Origin: an uncultured Acidobacteriota bacterium
GTDB lineage: Bacteria > Acidobacteriota > Blastocatellia > RBC074
DNA: 64,000 nucleotides
Direction: 5' to 3'
NCBI GenBank assembly: GCA_963743045.1
Contig: CAVUOF010000002.1
Location: 108,993-172,992, forward strand
Shown here: positions 10,418 to 21,150 of the stretch, in pieces
Position numbering within the stretch: position 1 is the stretch's first letter
Layout of the letters: each line of letters opens with the position of its first letter
The notes under the pieces: model-generated
Told to the model about the DNA's origin: nothing
Seen by the model: the letters and a program-made list of their open reading frames with translations, nothing else
Databases searched by the model: none
Program-made: the position numbers and the translations under genes

Positions 10418-11078
10418 AGCGGACAGTTGGTCAGGCTGCGCATCGATCGTTATGGTTGCGAGCTCAGATTCAGAGTTGTTCAGATAGTTGATGCGCCGGT
10501 CCCCCCAGGTTCGCCGCGTTCTTAAACCATCAACTCTCGAAGGCGATCCTTGCTGCGATAGGAGTCAATCGCGAATCGAATACCGAAGACCTTCCATTCG
10601 TAGAACTACGCACCTCGTGGGGAATATTTCGCAAGAGCGTAAGCAGTTCTGTCATCGCCTTCGATGACATAAGCATGGGGGCCGTTTTTGAAACTGAGCG
10701 ATCGTAAGGGCTGGATACTCAGGTGACATCGCACTCCACTCACCTGATCATTCGTTGCGACATTGTGGATCTGACTCAGTGTCAATAATCTGGAACAATA
10801 GTTGCCCATGGCGATGCCGATCGGCAGACGATGGCGTTAGCCGGACGAGCGTGGTATCGGCTGTCCTGGCCGGTCGGCTTTACCGCGCAAGGACTCTGTG
10901 CAGAAGGTCGATTCAATCGTCGAACGAAGCGCCATGGCGCTGCATTCGGGAGCGACATCCGGGTACCTGTCGATCAACAAACAATCAAATTGATGATTAT
11001 CGCCATCAGGATCGGTCACCTTGTCGAGCCGACCGGTCATTAGCAACTGAGCCTCGCTCTCATCAGGTATAGGCAATT

Positions 11079-12170
11079 ATGCGGACTCTAAAGACTGGTC
11101 TCATCACAGCTTTCTTCTTAATGACTGTGACGATGCTTATCGCCCCAAAGTTCGTCGGCTTGACCGTGACGCTTGCTCAGGACACAGCTCCGACCAAGTC
11201 GGGCAACGGCTCCAAGCCAGCCAAGAACGCACCGCAAGCCAAAGATAACCAGCCGGTCGACGCAAGCCAGTACGTAGGCAGCAGCGCCTGTGCGGAATGC
11301 CACACCGACATCGCTGCGTTCTTCTCCGTCACTGCGCATCACAAGACTCTGGGCGGGAACAGACCGGTGGATTTGCAAGGGTGCGAGGCATGCCATGGCC
11401 CCGCCGGCAAACACATCGAGTATTACCAGACGGCGCAGAAATTGGTGAAGGAGGGCAAGGACGAGGAAGCCGGCAAGATGTACGCAGATGAAGCCAGGAG
11501 CGCTGCAGCCAAGATGCGCAGCTTTGGCAGTCTTTCGTCCGCCGCGGCATCCGCGGTTTGTCTCAAGTGTCACGAAGGCACCGAGGGCAAGAGTGGCGAA
11601 CGATTCAATTTCAGGCGGAGCGAACACTTCCGCCACGGCGTATCCTGCCTGGATTGCCACTCGTCGCATTCACCAAAGCGTACTGAATTCCTTCTGCGGG
11701 CTGCCGAACCGGACGGCTGTTACCAATGCCATGCCGAGCAGAAGACCTCTTTTGCGCGCCCGTTCCATCATAAAGTCCCTGAGGGTGGAATGAAGTGCTC
11801 TGATTGTCATAATCAGCACGGCGGCTTTTACGTCAAGCAACTGCGCACCTGGGCCAGCGGCGATATCAATTGCGTCAAGTGTCACACGGACAAGGCCGGC
11901 CCCTTCGTCTACGAGCATGCTCCGATCAAGATCGAGGGCTGTCAGGCCTGTCACACCCCGCATGGTTCAACCAACCCGCGGCTCCTGAAGCGCAATGAGA
12001 TCAGGTTCCTGTGCCTCGAGTGCCACTCAAATACGCCTGGGATTCCTGCCGACTCGGAGGGTCCGGCGACGCCGTCATTTCATAATCTCGCAACAACGCG
12101 GTTCCAGAACTGCACAACTTGTCACGCCATGATCCATGGCTCCAACGTCAACAATCGCTTCTTCCGCTAG
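11079..12170 (+). CDS. periplasmic decahaem cytochrome c, MtrA/DmsE/MtoA family
   Basis: Signal peptide plus exactly 10 CXXCH motifs in 363 aa. The C-terminus [16 protein letters not shown] is typical of the family. Confidence 0.9.
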   Translation: MRTLKTGLITAFFLMTVTMLIAPKFVGLTVTLAQDTAPTKSGNGSKPAKNAPQAKDNQPVDASQYVGSSACAECHTDIAAFFSVTAHHKTLGGNRPVDLQGCEACHGPAGKHIEYYQTAQKLVKEGKDEEAGKMYADEARSAAAKMRSFGSLSSAAASAVCLKCHEGTEGKSGERFNFRRSEHFRHGVSCLDCHSSHSPKRTEFLLRAAEPDGCYQCHAEQKTSFARPFHHKVPEGGMKCSDCHNQHGGFYVKQLRTWASGDINCVKCHTDKAGPFVYEHAPIKIEGCQACHTPHGSTNPRLLKRNEIRFLCLECHSNTPGIPADSEGPATPSFHNLATTRFQNCTTCHAMIHGSNVNNRFFR

Positions 12171-12189
12171 GAAGAGGACGGAGGTTTAC

Positions 12190-14279
12190 ATGTCAGCAGG
12201 GCGCCACGTAGTCTGGAAGTCGTCCGGCATGATTGCCTTCCTGACTCTGCTCGTTATGGTCGCCGCGGACTCTCCCACGGCGGGGCAGAGTAGCGTTGAA
12301 AAAATCGAAACGTCTCAGCAAGCCAAGAACCCCATCGACAGCAGTATTCGTGCGCGCGAAGCAGTCCAGAAACCCAATGACACGCAGACACCCCCCGAGA
12401 CCGGGCGTGTGGCTGGCGATTATTCCTGGTCGTCATCAATGGAAGTCGGCTACAGATTCGTAGACAGCGGCGGGAGCCGTGACAAGTTCCTCTCAGACCT
12501 CTATCTCAAGGACGGGCTCAGGTTGCTTGATTTCCAGGCAGACGCTCGCTCGGTCTCTGGGCATGGCACATTCTTCGACTTTTTTCGTATGGACGTCACG
12601 AACGGTGGAGGTGACGCGAGCCAGTACTACTCCACTCGAATGGAGAAGGATCGCACTTATCGGTTCGATGCCTCATATCGCGTATTCAACTTCTACCGGT
12701 TTCTGCCGGCCGTTGCTCTCAACCAGCACAATCTCAACCTCGAACGCCGGGTCGGAGACTTCAATCTCAAGCTCTTCCCGCAACGCGCAGTAAGGGTCAA
12801 TTTCGGTTATTCGCGCAGTAGCTCAACCGGGCCATTCTTTACAACCTATGACTATGACCGCGACGAGTTTCCTATCAAAGGGAAGAGCCGCTGGGAATCC
12901 AACGATTATCGCGTGGGTGTGGATGGCACTTATCATCGCTGGGATTTCTTCCTCAGTGGGGTTTACAGGTACTTCAAGAACGATACGCAGTATTTCACAG
13001 GATCCTGGCACGCTCAATCTGGGCAACAATCCGTCACCCAACAGCAGCTTGACGTTCTTCAACCGCAACGACCCGGCGCGCGCCAAAGCCGGAGTACTGA
13101 CGGGGAGCATACATGGCAACATCACTCCCCGTTTTCATCTGGTTATCTCCGGGACTCACACCGAGGAGACGCCAGCGCCCCGAGCAGTTTGAACAGTCGG
13201 CCGGGACGTCGTCCTCCGGCTCCAAGGTCCTCTTCAACAACATCGTTAGCGACTATCACGTAAAGCGGCCGAGCACGCTTGTTGAAGCCGGAGCCACATA
13301 CGACATAACTGACCACATTTCGATCAACGATAGTTTCCGCTATTACACCTTCGACATCCGTGGAGATGTTGCTTCGCTGACGACAACCGTACGAACCCCG
13401 CAAAATGTCGCGCCGGTGGCAACGGCACGGGACAGCCAGCTGACAGACTACTCTTCGGTCTGGAATACACTTCAATTGCAGTTCAATTACGGTCGCAAGT
13501 TTTCAGCGAGCCTGGGCTGGCGGTTCACTCATCGCGACACAACACTCTCTCCTGCTACAACCGGGGACCCCCTCGAATCGGACACGCAGAATAACAACTC
13601 ATTTATTGGCGGCGTCCGCTATCGTCCTGTCAAGAGCGTGAGTCTGTTCTTCGATTATGAGAGAGGGGAGTCTGACAATGCGTTTGTCAGAGTCAACCCA
13701 CTCGACTTCCAGCGTGTGCGCATCCGTGCCAGTTTTCAAGCGAAACCGACGTTGCTTATCCACTCAACGTTTACCGCGACCGACACCACCAATCCAACTC
13801 CTCAGGTAAACAATGACGGCAATTTCCGGCAATTCTCGTTTTCCGCAGACTGGCAGCCGAAAGAGAAATTCTGGATAAGCGGCGGCTATAACTATGATTC
13901 TCTCTTCAACACCGCTGACATCCTCTTCTTCTTAAATAGTGTGCAGAACAATGGCAGGTCTGTCTATTATTCGCGCCAGCACGTTGTCTTCCTTGATTCA
14001 AGGTTTGCGTTGACAAATCGACTCGACCTCTTCCTCGTCTACCGTTACCTCAAGGATTCCGGTGCTCCTTCGTCGGTCGATGTTCCGCCGGGCCCCAATA
14101 ATTTCATCACGTCGTTTCCACTATTTCGCCACAATCCCGAGGCACGCATCGCATATCGGTTCAACGACCGCGTCACCGGAAATCTGAGCTATCGCCATTA
14201 CAGCTATAACGAAGAACTACAGAGCATTCAGGACTATCGTGCTAACATCTTCACCACCAGTTTGCGTTTCACTTTTTGA
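12190..14279 (+). CDS. outer-membrane beta-barrel porin, MtrB/MtoB/PioB-like, frame-broken near 13005 and 13165
   Basis: Signal peptide, about 696 aa of alternating Y/F/R-rich beta-strand pattern, and a C-terminal SLRFTF aromatic terminus. It lies immediately downstream of the decahaem gene. ORFs 12136..13263, 12848..13192 and 13113..14279 join to form it. Confidence 0.65.
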
Positions 14280-14285
14280 ATCAAC

Positions 14286-14661
14286 ATGGAGAAGACTATG
14301 AACTTAAGGACTCTGAGATTGAAGACAGCCTTGATCACGACAATTCCGGCGATCGCCCTGGTTATCGCAACCTGGTCCGCGAACGGAATACAGGCAGCCG
14401 GCTCGGCTGTCCAGGACGCTAAAGCGACATTCAACTCCAAGTGCGCATCCTGTCACGGACTCGATGGCGGCGCGGCGACTGCCAAGGGCAAGGAGCTCAA
14501 GATGAAGGATCTTCGTTCACCCGAGGTTCAGGGCATGTCCGACGACCAGCTGTACAAGGTAATCGCCAAGCGGCAAGGGTAAGATGCCACCATACGAGAA
14601 GAGCCTTGGCGCCGACACCTGCCATAAGCTGGTCGCTTATATTCGCAGCATGAAGAAATGA
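14286..14661 (+). CDS. class I monohaem cytochrome c (in the MtoD-like position), frame-broken at ~14571
   Basis: Signal peptide and CASCHG. Removing one C at 14571 restores KGKGKMPPYEKSLGADTCHKLVAYIRSMKK. Confidence 0.75.
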
Positions 14662-14686
14662 CTCTTACGATTAGCGAGGTAGCTGA

Positions 14687-15316
14687 ATGGCGGAAACATC
14701 GACAATTGTCGTCGGCGTTATTCTGGTCACAATCGCGCTGATTGCCTATCTGGTTCTTCGCCCATCAATCACGGCGACACGAGGCGGGAAGATTCTGGCT
14801 TTCGTTGCATTAATGGTCTTTCCCTTACTGGCAGGAACAATGGGCGCTGGCAAGCACCTTGAGCATTCGAAGACAACGCAGTTCTGTCTCTCCTGCCATG
14901 TCATGGAAGACTACGGGAAAAGCCTGCTCAGAGATGATCGGAGCTTCATTCCGGCAGTCCATTATCAAAACCACCTCGTGCCGCACGACAATGCCTGCTA
15001 TACGTGCCATACAACCTACGCGATGTATGGCGACATGCGGGCAAAGCTGCAGGGCCTGCGACACGTATACATTTACTACCTCGGGACCATTCCCCAGCCA
15101 ATCAAGCTCCGTGAGCCCTACAACAATCGCGAGTGCCTTCATTGCCACCTGGGTTCAAGATCGTTCGAAGAAGGCGCCACGCACAATCAGGATCCGCGGA
15201 CATTGCCTATGGTGAAGTCTAACCAGCTCGGCTGCACATCGAGCGGGTGTCACAACACCGTTCACAATGTTGCCGAATTGAAGGACGCGACCTTCTGGAA
15301 GGAGCCAGCACAATGA
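14687..15316 (+). CDS. NapC/NirT/CymA-like membrane-anchored multihaem quinol dehydrogenase
   Basis: N-terminal TM helices, then CLSCH, CYTCH and CLHCH plus a CX4CH (CTSSGCH). The motif spacing resembles the NapC/NirT family. Confidence 0.7.
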   Translation: MAETSTIVVGVILVTIALIAYLVLRPSITATRGGKILAFVALMVFPLLAGTMGAGKHLEHSKTTQFCLSCHVMEDYGKSLLRDDRSFIPAVHYQNHLVPHDNACYTCHTTYAMYGDMRAKLQGLRHVYIYYLGTIPQPIKLREPYNNRECLHCHLGSRSFEEGATHNQDPRTLPMVKSNQLGCTSSGCHNTVHNVAELKDATFWKEPAQ

Positions 15317-15513
15317 AGCCGGAACCCACCTGGCTGGAGAAGAGAATCCGCTTGGCTGGTGTTTTGCTTATCGCCGGACTACTGGTGGAACTCGTCACGC
15401 TGCACTGGTCGCATCCGGCGGCATTTCTCTTCTTTATGTTCTTTGGTGGGTCACTTATGGCGCTGGGGATCGCCATCTACCTCATATCTCTGGTCTCGAG
15501 GCACCACGTGTAG
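15313..15513 (+). CDS. small two-TM membrane protein
   Basis: Its ATG overlaps the NapC-like stop (ATGA). The sequence is hydrophobic: LAGVLLIAGLLVELV...FLFFMFFGGSLMALGIAIYLI. Confidence 0.4.
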   Translation: MKPEPTWLEKRIRLAGVLLIAGLLVELVTLHWSHPAAFLFFMFFGGSLMALGIAIYLISLVSRHHV

Positions 15514-15575
15514 CTTCGGGAAGGTTCACAAAGTCGCCACAGGCTCATTTATTTCATTGCTTTATTGTGCCACCT

Positions 15576-15718
15576 GTAGGGGCAGGGCTTGTCCCTGCCC
15601 GCCCCGTGCCGTCCGGCACGGGTAACAGTTTCAAGAACCCTTGCTACTTGAACTACAACCGATAATGGTTACCCGCGCCGGACGGCACGGGACGGGCAGG
15701 GACAAGCCCTGCCCCTAC
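15576..15718. repeat. palindromic REP-like element, family A (GTAGGGGCAGGGCTTGTCCCTGCCC...GGTAAC arms)
   Basis: Two ~51-bp inverted arms around a 40-bp spacer. A second copy is at 36542..36679. Confidence 0.8.
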
Positions 15719-15815
15719 AAGGTTGTCGGCGAGTGCGGCATTAGCGAGAGAGCATCCACGCTCTTACTACCCCGACTTCACTGACCAGGCATCTGGATAA
15801 TGTAGAATGTAGGAG

Positions 15816-17231
15816 ATGCCAAAAGACAAAGTACTCGTCGTCGATGACGACTCGGCTATCCGCTACACCTTGACCGAGGCACTGCGTGCCTGGGGCTACG
15901 AACCGCTGGATGCCCCCACGGTTGCAGCTGCCCTGGAAGCTTTTGATTCGGAGCAGCCTGCGGCGGTGTTGCAGGATATAAACCTGCCAGACGGATCCGG
16001 CCTCGACGCGCTCATCGAATACAAGAAGCGGCAGCCTCAGGCGATTGTCATTATCATCACCGGCGAAGTGAATCTTGATGCCACAATTGCGGCGTTGCGG
16101 GGTGGCGCGTACGACTTCATCAGCAAGCCCATCAGGCTCGCTGAACTCCAGGTCACAATCCGCAACGGTATCGAAGCCGGGAGACTCCGTCGCGAAGTCC
16201 GGTATTTGCGTCGCCATCAGGAAAAAAGGCTCAGCTTCGATCAAATCGTTGGCACATCCGAGTCAATGAATGAAATGATCACGCTGGCTAAGAAGATCTC
16301 GGCAAGCGAGGTATCGTCCGTGTTATTGATTGGTGAAAGCGGAACCGGCAAGGATGTTGTAGCCAAGGCCATACATTACGGCTCGCCGCGCGCGGATCAA
16401 CCCTTCGTTGCGATAAATTGTGCAGCTATACCCGGAACGCTGATCGAGACCGAACTCTTCGGTCACGAGAAGGGTGCTTTTACCGACGCTCGAGCAAAAA
16501 AGGAGGGTCTGTTCGAGCAAGCACAGGGCGGAACTTTCTTCCTGGACGAGATATCCTCACTCGAGCTGGGTCTCCAGGCAAAACTGCTGAGGGTGCTCGA
16601 GGAGGGAACATTCCGCCGAGTTGGCGGATTGAGGGACCTGCCACTCGATGTGCGGATAATAGCCGCGTCGAATCGAGACCTTAGACTTGACAGCGAGGCC
16701 GGGCGTTTTCGGCTGGACCTTTACTACCGGCTTTCGGTGATACAAATCGATCTGCCGCCGCTCCGCGAACGTGGCGACGACGTATTGCTACTGGCAAACT
16801 ACTACATCGCTCACTTCAGCGAACGCTTGAAAAAACGCGTCAGCAACCTGACGCCGGAGGTCGAGGATATATTCCGCCGGTACCATTGGCCTGGCAATGT
16901 CCGTGAACTGCGGAACGTCATCGAGCGGTTGATGATTCTGGAGGATTCAGATTCGATCACGGCGACCTGGCTGCCGCGCGACCTGATGAAACGAGACCAG
17001 GCTGCCAATATACCCACCGTCGTCGCTGCTGCGCCAACAACCCAAGGCGTGCCTCCGTCACTTCGATTGCCTGATGGCGGGATCAATCTCGAACAGCTCG
17101 AACTGGCACTGGTCAGACAGGCTCTTGAGAGAAGTGGCGGCAATCAAACGCGCGCTTCAGAATTGCTTGGAATCTCGCGCGATCAGCTCCGTTATCGTCT
17201 GAAGAAGATTGACGACTCGCTGGCGCAGTAG
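15816..17231 (+). CDS. sigma-54-dependent response regulator (REC + AAA+ + Fis-type HTH, NtrC family)
   Basis: Receiver domain, Walker A GESGTGK, GAFTDA loop, and the C-terminal [19 protein letters not shown]. Confidence 0.92.
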   Translation: MPKDKVLVVDDDSAIRYTLTEALRAWGYEPLDAPTVAAALEAFDSEQPAAVLQDINLPDGSGLDALIEYKKRQPQAIVIIITGEVNLDATIAALRGGAYDFISKPIRLAELQVTIRNGIEAGRLRREVRYLRRHQEKRLSFDQIVGTSESMNEMITLAKKISASEVSSVLLIGESGTGKDVVAKAIHYGSPRADQPFVAINCAAIPGTLIETELFGHEKGAFTDARAKKEGLFEQAQGGTFFLDEISSLELGLQAKLLRVLEEGTFRRVGGLRDLPLDVRIIAASNRDLRLDSEAGRFRLDLYYRLSVIQIDLPPLRERGDDVLLLANYYIAHFSERLKKRVSNLTPEVEDIFRRYHWPGNVRELRNVIERLMILEDSDSITATWLPRDLMKRDQAANIPTVVAAAPTTQGVPPSLRLPDGGINLEQLELALVRQALERSGGNQTRASELLGISRDQLRYRLKKIDDSLAQ

Positions 17232-17332
17232 GACGAGCGACGGAAAGGGCGAGTGCGCATTTTTCCGCTCATCAACTCGCAAAATCACCCAGGACGCTCA
17301 AGTTCCTGGCTTTTAGTTTCAATTCTAAGGCG

Positions 17333-17348
17333 CGGCACAGGCATTGCT
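17333..17348 (+). promoter_or_regulatory. sigma-54 type promoter CGGCACAGGCATTGCT upstream of the tandem USP gene
   Basis: Correct spacing, about 50 nt upstream of the ATG at 17395. Confidence 0.65.
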
Positions 17349-17394
17349 CCTGCCCAGAGTGGAGGACATTGCGAGTCAAGCAATGTGAAAAGCA

Positions 17395-18342
17395 ATGCAA
17401 GAAGCAATGAAGATTCTGGTAGCCGTTGATGGTTCAGCGTGTGGCCTTGCGGCGGTCAAGGAAGCGGCTGGAACGCCCTGGCCTCGTGGAAGTCTGGTAA
17501 AGATTCTTTCAGTAATGACGGAGATGGGACCCGCCTCCCAATGGGCAATGCCGCTCCCGGCGGAGTACTTACGAGGAATTGCAGCGGGCCTGGGAAAATC
17601 GCTCCTTGGCGGCTATTACGCAGGCTCTGGCAGAGTTCGCGAAGATCGCTGGATCGCAGACGGAAACAATGTCAAAGATAGTCAAAGGCAATCCGAAGAC
17701 TGCGATCCTGGACGAGGCTGAACACTGGGGCGCAGATCTAATCATCCTGGGAACACACGGATACAACGTTCTCGAGAGGCTCTGGCTGGGTTCCGTTTCA
17801 CGTGCCGTAATAGCGCATGCGAAGTGCTCGGTTCACGTCGTGAGATGCGGTCGCGACCAGGCTGATCAGCCAAAGGGCAGGAGGATATTGCTCGCTATAG
17901 ATGGATCGGGATTCAGTGATATGGCGGTACCAGGAGATCGCCGAGCCGGCCGTGGCCGGCCGGAACCGAAATCAACCTGCTTTCCGTCGTAGAACTGCCG
18001 ACCACAACAACAGAGCTGTGGGCTATGCCGGAAACCTATTATTCACAACTGGAGGAGAGCGCAACCAGGCAGGCTAATGCAGCGATTGACCGAGCCGTTC
18101 AATCCTTCAACGCCGTCAAGCGCGAGGTACCTCTCACGCTGTCAACCGAGATAGTTGTCGGCCGTGCAACGGAGACGATCATGAATTCCGCTAAGTCGTG
18201 GGATGCTGATCTTGTTGTGCTCGGATCTCATGGAAAGCATGGGCTGGAGCGGTTTCTCCTGGGATCGGTCTCGCAGGATGTGGCTTACCACGCTCGCTGT
18301 TCAGTGGAGGTCGTCCGTCGCAAGAAGGTGCGAAGCCAATGA
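17395..18342 (+). CDS. tandem-domain universal stress protein, frame-broken at ~17580, ~17928 and ~17945
   Basis: Three ORF pieces join. Recognisable segments are MKILVAVDGS, DLIILGTHGYNVLERLWLGSVSRAVIAHAKCSVHVVR, ILLAIDGSGFS and DLVVLGSHGKHGLERFLLGSVSQDVAYHARCSVEVVR. Confidence 0.8.
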
Positions 18343-18351
18343 AGCCGGGCA

Positions 18352-18808
18352 ATGAGAAAGGATGCGATGCAGATTGGCCCACTCAAAGAGAACGATTCAC
18401 TGGCGATTCTCCGAAGAAGCAGTCTGGGGCGCCTCGGCTGCGTCGACCAAAACGCGCCATACGTAGTGCCGGTCAACTACCTCTTTGACGGCAAAGACAT
18501 TTACATTCATTCTTTGCCGGGTCGGAAGATTGATGCCATGCGAGCCAACTCCCGTGTCTGCTTTCAGGTAGATGAGATCACGGATGCGTTTCACTGGCGG
18601 AGTGTGATTGCCTTCGGAAATTACGAGGAAATCTCCGATCCGGAGACGCGGGAGAGCGATGTTGGGCAAACTCTTCACCCGGTTGCCGCATATGACACCG
18701 GTTGAAACCAGGATGACGCGAGGCATGAGCGAGATGATTCTCTTTCGCATCAAAGTAGGCACGATTACAGGAGTCGGCGAAGACTGGGGAGCAGGCGGAT
18801 CGGCCTGA
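18352..18808 (+). CDS. pyridoxamine 5'-phosphate oxidase family (flavin-binding split-barrel) protein, frame-broken near 18660
   Basis: Contains [56 protein letters not shown]...WRSVIAFG. The tail continues in ORF 18608..18808. Confidence 0.7.
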
Positions 18809-18927
18809 TTTGCATCGAGCGCGGCGAAAGATTCGCAAAGAACGCAAGACCACGAAACAGAGAATTACCGTTCTCCTTCGTGGTCCTGTGGTCTTTGGTC
18901 CACCATTCGCAGTTGCGTCTGATAGTT

Positions 18928-20478
18928 ATGGCAGATGATCAGCAGAACGCCGCGTCCTTGCGGATGAGTGAGGCCAGACTGGCCGGAATTGTCGCGTCGG
19001 CAATGGATGCAATCATCACTGTCGACGAGAGCCAGCGCATTGTCCTCTTTAATGCATCGGCCGAGAGAATCTTCCGCTGCCCGGCAAAGGACGCTTTAGG
19101 CCAGAGCCTGGACCGTTTTCTTCCGGACCGCTTTCGCATCGCACATCGCGAACACATCCGTGTATTCGGCGAGACGAACGTGACTCAGAGGACAATGGGA
19201 AGCGCGCGCACCCTTTACGGACTGCGTTCCGATGGCGAAGAGTTTCCGATCGAGGCCTCAATTTCACAAATTGACTCCGAAGGCCACAAGTTCTTCACCG
19301 CAATCGTCCGCGATATCAGCGAGAAGAAACGTCTCGAAGCCCAGTTCCTGCGGGCGCAGCGAATGGAGAGCATAGGCACTCTGGCCAGCGGTATCGCGCA
19401 TGATCTGAACAATGTGCTCTCTCCCATCCTGACCGCAATCGAGCTGCTGCAGATGCGCTTCACCGATGAAAGCAGCCAGCGCCTGCTCAACATCCTTCAG
19501 ACCAATGCCGTCCGCGGCGGCGAAATGATCAAGCAGGTGCTCTCGTTTGCGCGTGGTGCCGAAGGCAATTTCACACCCCTGCAACCGACACATCTGATCA
19601 AGGAGATCATTAAGATCCTCGCCGACACTCTGCCAAAACATATCGAGATCACCTTCTCGATTGATCCGGACTTGTGGCAGGTTTCCGGCGATGCGACTCA
19701 ACTGCACCAGGTTCTGATGAACCTCTGTATCAACGCGCGTGACGCGATGCCGCATGGCGGAAGCCTGCGGATCGAGGCAGAGAATGTTGAGATAGACGAA
19801 CACTCCGCGCGAATGGCAGTTGATGCCAAACCCGGAAAATACGTCTCTGTCGGAGTTGTTGACACCGGGCTCGGCATAGCCGAGCAGAATCTGAGCAAGA
19901 TCTTCGACCCATTCTTCACGACCAAGGACTATGGACAGGGGACAGGCCTGGGTTTATCGACTGTTGCCGGTATCGTTCGCAGCCACGGCGGCTTTCTGAA
20001 TGTCTACAGCGAAGTCGGCAGGGGTGCGAAATTCAAGGTCTACTTGCCGGCCATCCAATCGGCTGAGGCAACAGCCGCACGGTCAGTGCCGCACCAATTG
20101 CCCTCGGGCAACGGCGAAATGATTCTGGTCATTGACGATGAACATGCAATCCGGGAAGTTGCGAGGGAGATCTTGAACACCTTCGGCTATCAGGCTCTGA
20201 TTGCAAATGACGGTGCCGACGCGATTGCAGTCTTTGCTTCACACAAAGATCAGGTTCGTCTTGTGATAACGGACATGATGATGCCGTACATGGATGGCCC
20301 GGCTACGATACGAGCGCTGAGGAGGCTCGATCAGAGTGTCAGGATCATTGCCACCAGCGGGCTGAAGGCCGATGACAAGATGGCCGAAGCGTCGCAGCTA
20401 GGCGTTAAGACCTTTCTTCCGAAGCCGTACACTGCAGAGACTCTGTTAAACACGATAGCCGCTGTCTTGAAGGAATGA
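18928..20478 (+). CDS. PAS-domain hybrid sensor histidine kinase / response regulator
   Basis: PAS domain, H-box [10 protein letters not shown], HATPase N/G boxes, and a C-terminal receiver (ILVIDDE...DMMMPYMDG). Confidence 0.9.
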   Translation: MADDQQNAASLRMSEARLAGIVASAMDAIITVDESQRIVLFNASAERIFRCPAKDALGQSLDRFLPDRFRIAHREHIRVFGETNVTQRTMGSARTLYGLRSDGEEFPIEASISQIDSEGHKFFTAIVRDISEKKRLEAQFLRAQRMESIGTLASGIAHDLNNVLSPILTAIELLQMRFTDESSQRLLNILQTNAVRGGEMIKQVLSFARGAEGNFTPLQPTHLIKEIIKILADTLPKHIEITFSIDPDLWQVSGDATQLHQVLMNLCINARDAMPHGGSLRIEAENVEIDEHSARMAVDAKPGKYVSVGVVDTGLGIAEQNLSKIFDPFFTTKDYGQGTGLGLSTVAGIVRSHGGFLNVYSEVGRGAKFKVYLPAIQSAEATAARSVPHQLPSGNGEMILVIDDEHAIREVAREILNTFGYQALIANDGADAIAVFASHKDQVRLVITDMMMPYMDGPATIRALRRLDQSVRIIATSGLKADDKMAEASQLGVKTFLPKPYTAETLLNTIAAVLKE

Positions 20479-20491
20479 CCCTTATTCCGGG

Positions 20492-20723
20492 TCATACTCT
20501 ACGCGCGGTGACTCTGTGCGTGATTCGATGGTGCTCAGCAAACCACGCGTGGACGTGTGCCGCTTCCCCGGATAGCCACGAATAGAACAAGCCGGCAGCG
20601 AAAAGCAGGCCCGTCACCGCCACAATCTGAAGAGACAACACGATGAGCGGCAGCAAAAGCACAACCGCCAGCAACGCCGAGCAGAACCAGACCAACAAAT
20701 TCGATCACATCAACCCACCGCAT
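20492..20723 (-). CDS. small hydrophobic membrane protein, possibly frame-broken near 20690
   Basis: The ATG at 20723 follows a GTGAGGTGG RBS. The hydrophobic continuation lies in ORF 20492..20698. Confidence 0.3.
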
Positions 20724-20814
20724 GGTGCCCACCTCACTTTCTTAGGGTAATTCACCACCATAATCGACAATGGCAAGAAGTATGCCCGGAGACGTTTATA
20801 GGGCCCACCGGCTC

Positions 20815-20944
20815 AGTATGGAGTGCGGCGACTTGTCGCCGCTTTTGATTTAATTGCTGCAGCACTACGAGTTACAGGCTCGATTCTTCTTCGTCACTGC
20901 AGTAACTAAATCAAAAGCGGCGACAAGTCGCCGCACTCCATACT
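20815..20944. repeat. 130-bp MITE/REP-like element, family B (TIR AGTATGGAGTGCGGCGACTTGTCGCCGCTTTTG)
   Basis: About 33-bp terminal inverted repeats. A second full copy is at 57544..57672 and a partial copy lies at the window end. Confidence 0.85.
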
Positions 20945-21090
20945 CAATCAGTCGACGGCTTTCAACCGGCTGGCTTTCGGGGCCTGACCTGCTGCGTAAT
21001 GTTCCCCAGCCTCGAGAGGAATTTGCGCGGGAAAACCCACAGCGGGAGGATGATTTGGCAGGTTAGCAGGCGAAAGCGCAGCGCAACGGG

Positions 21091-21106
21091 TGGCACAGAG
21101 CTTGCC
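21091..21106 (+). promoter_or_regulatory. sigma-54 type promoter TGGCACAGAGCTTGCC upstream of the hemerythrin and citrate synthase genes
   Basis: Near-perfect consensus, 46 nt upstream of the ATG at 21151. Confidence 0.75.
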
Positions 21107-21150
21107 CCTCGACTGCTGACTAAGGCGTAAATCGAACGGAGTAAATTGTC

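Noticed and set aside
18895-18910. Additional sigma-54-like matches: TGGTCCACCATTCGCA upstream of the hybrid kinase, and AGGCACCTGCCTTGGC at 31076..31091 upstream of the BON-fragment gene.
   Set aside because: The first has poor -24 (GGTCC) and -12 (TCGC) elements and lies only 18 nt from the ATG. The second has GG where the invariant -12 GC should be. I kept both out of the promoter list.
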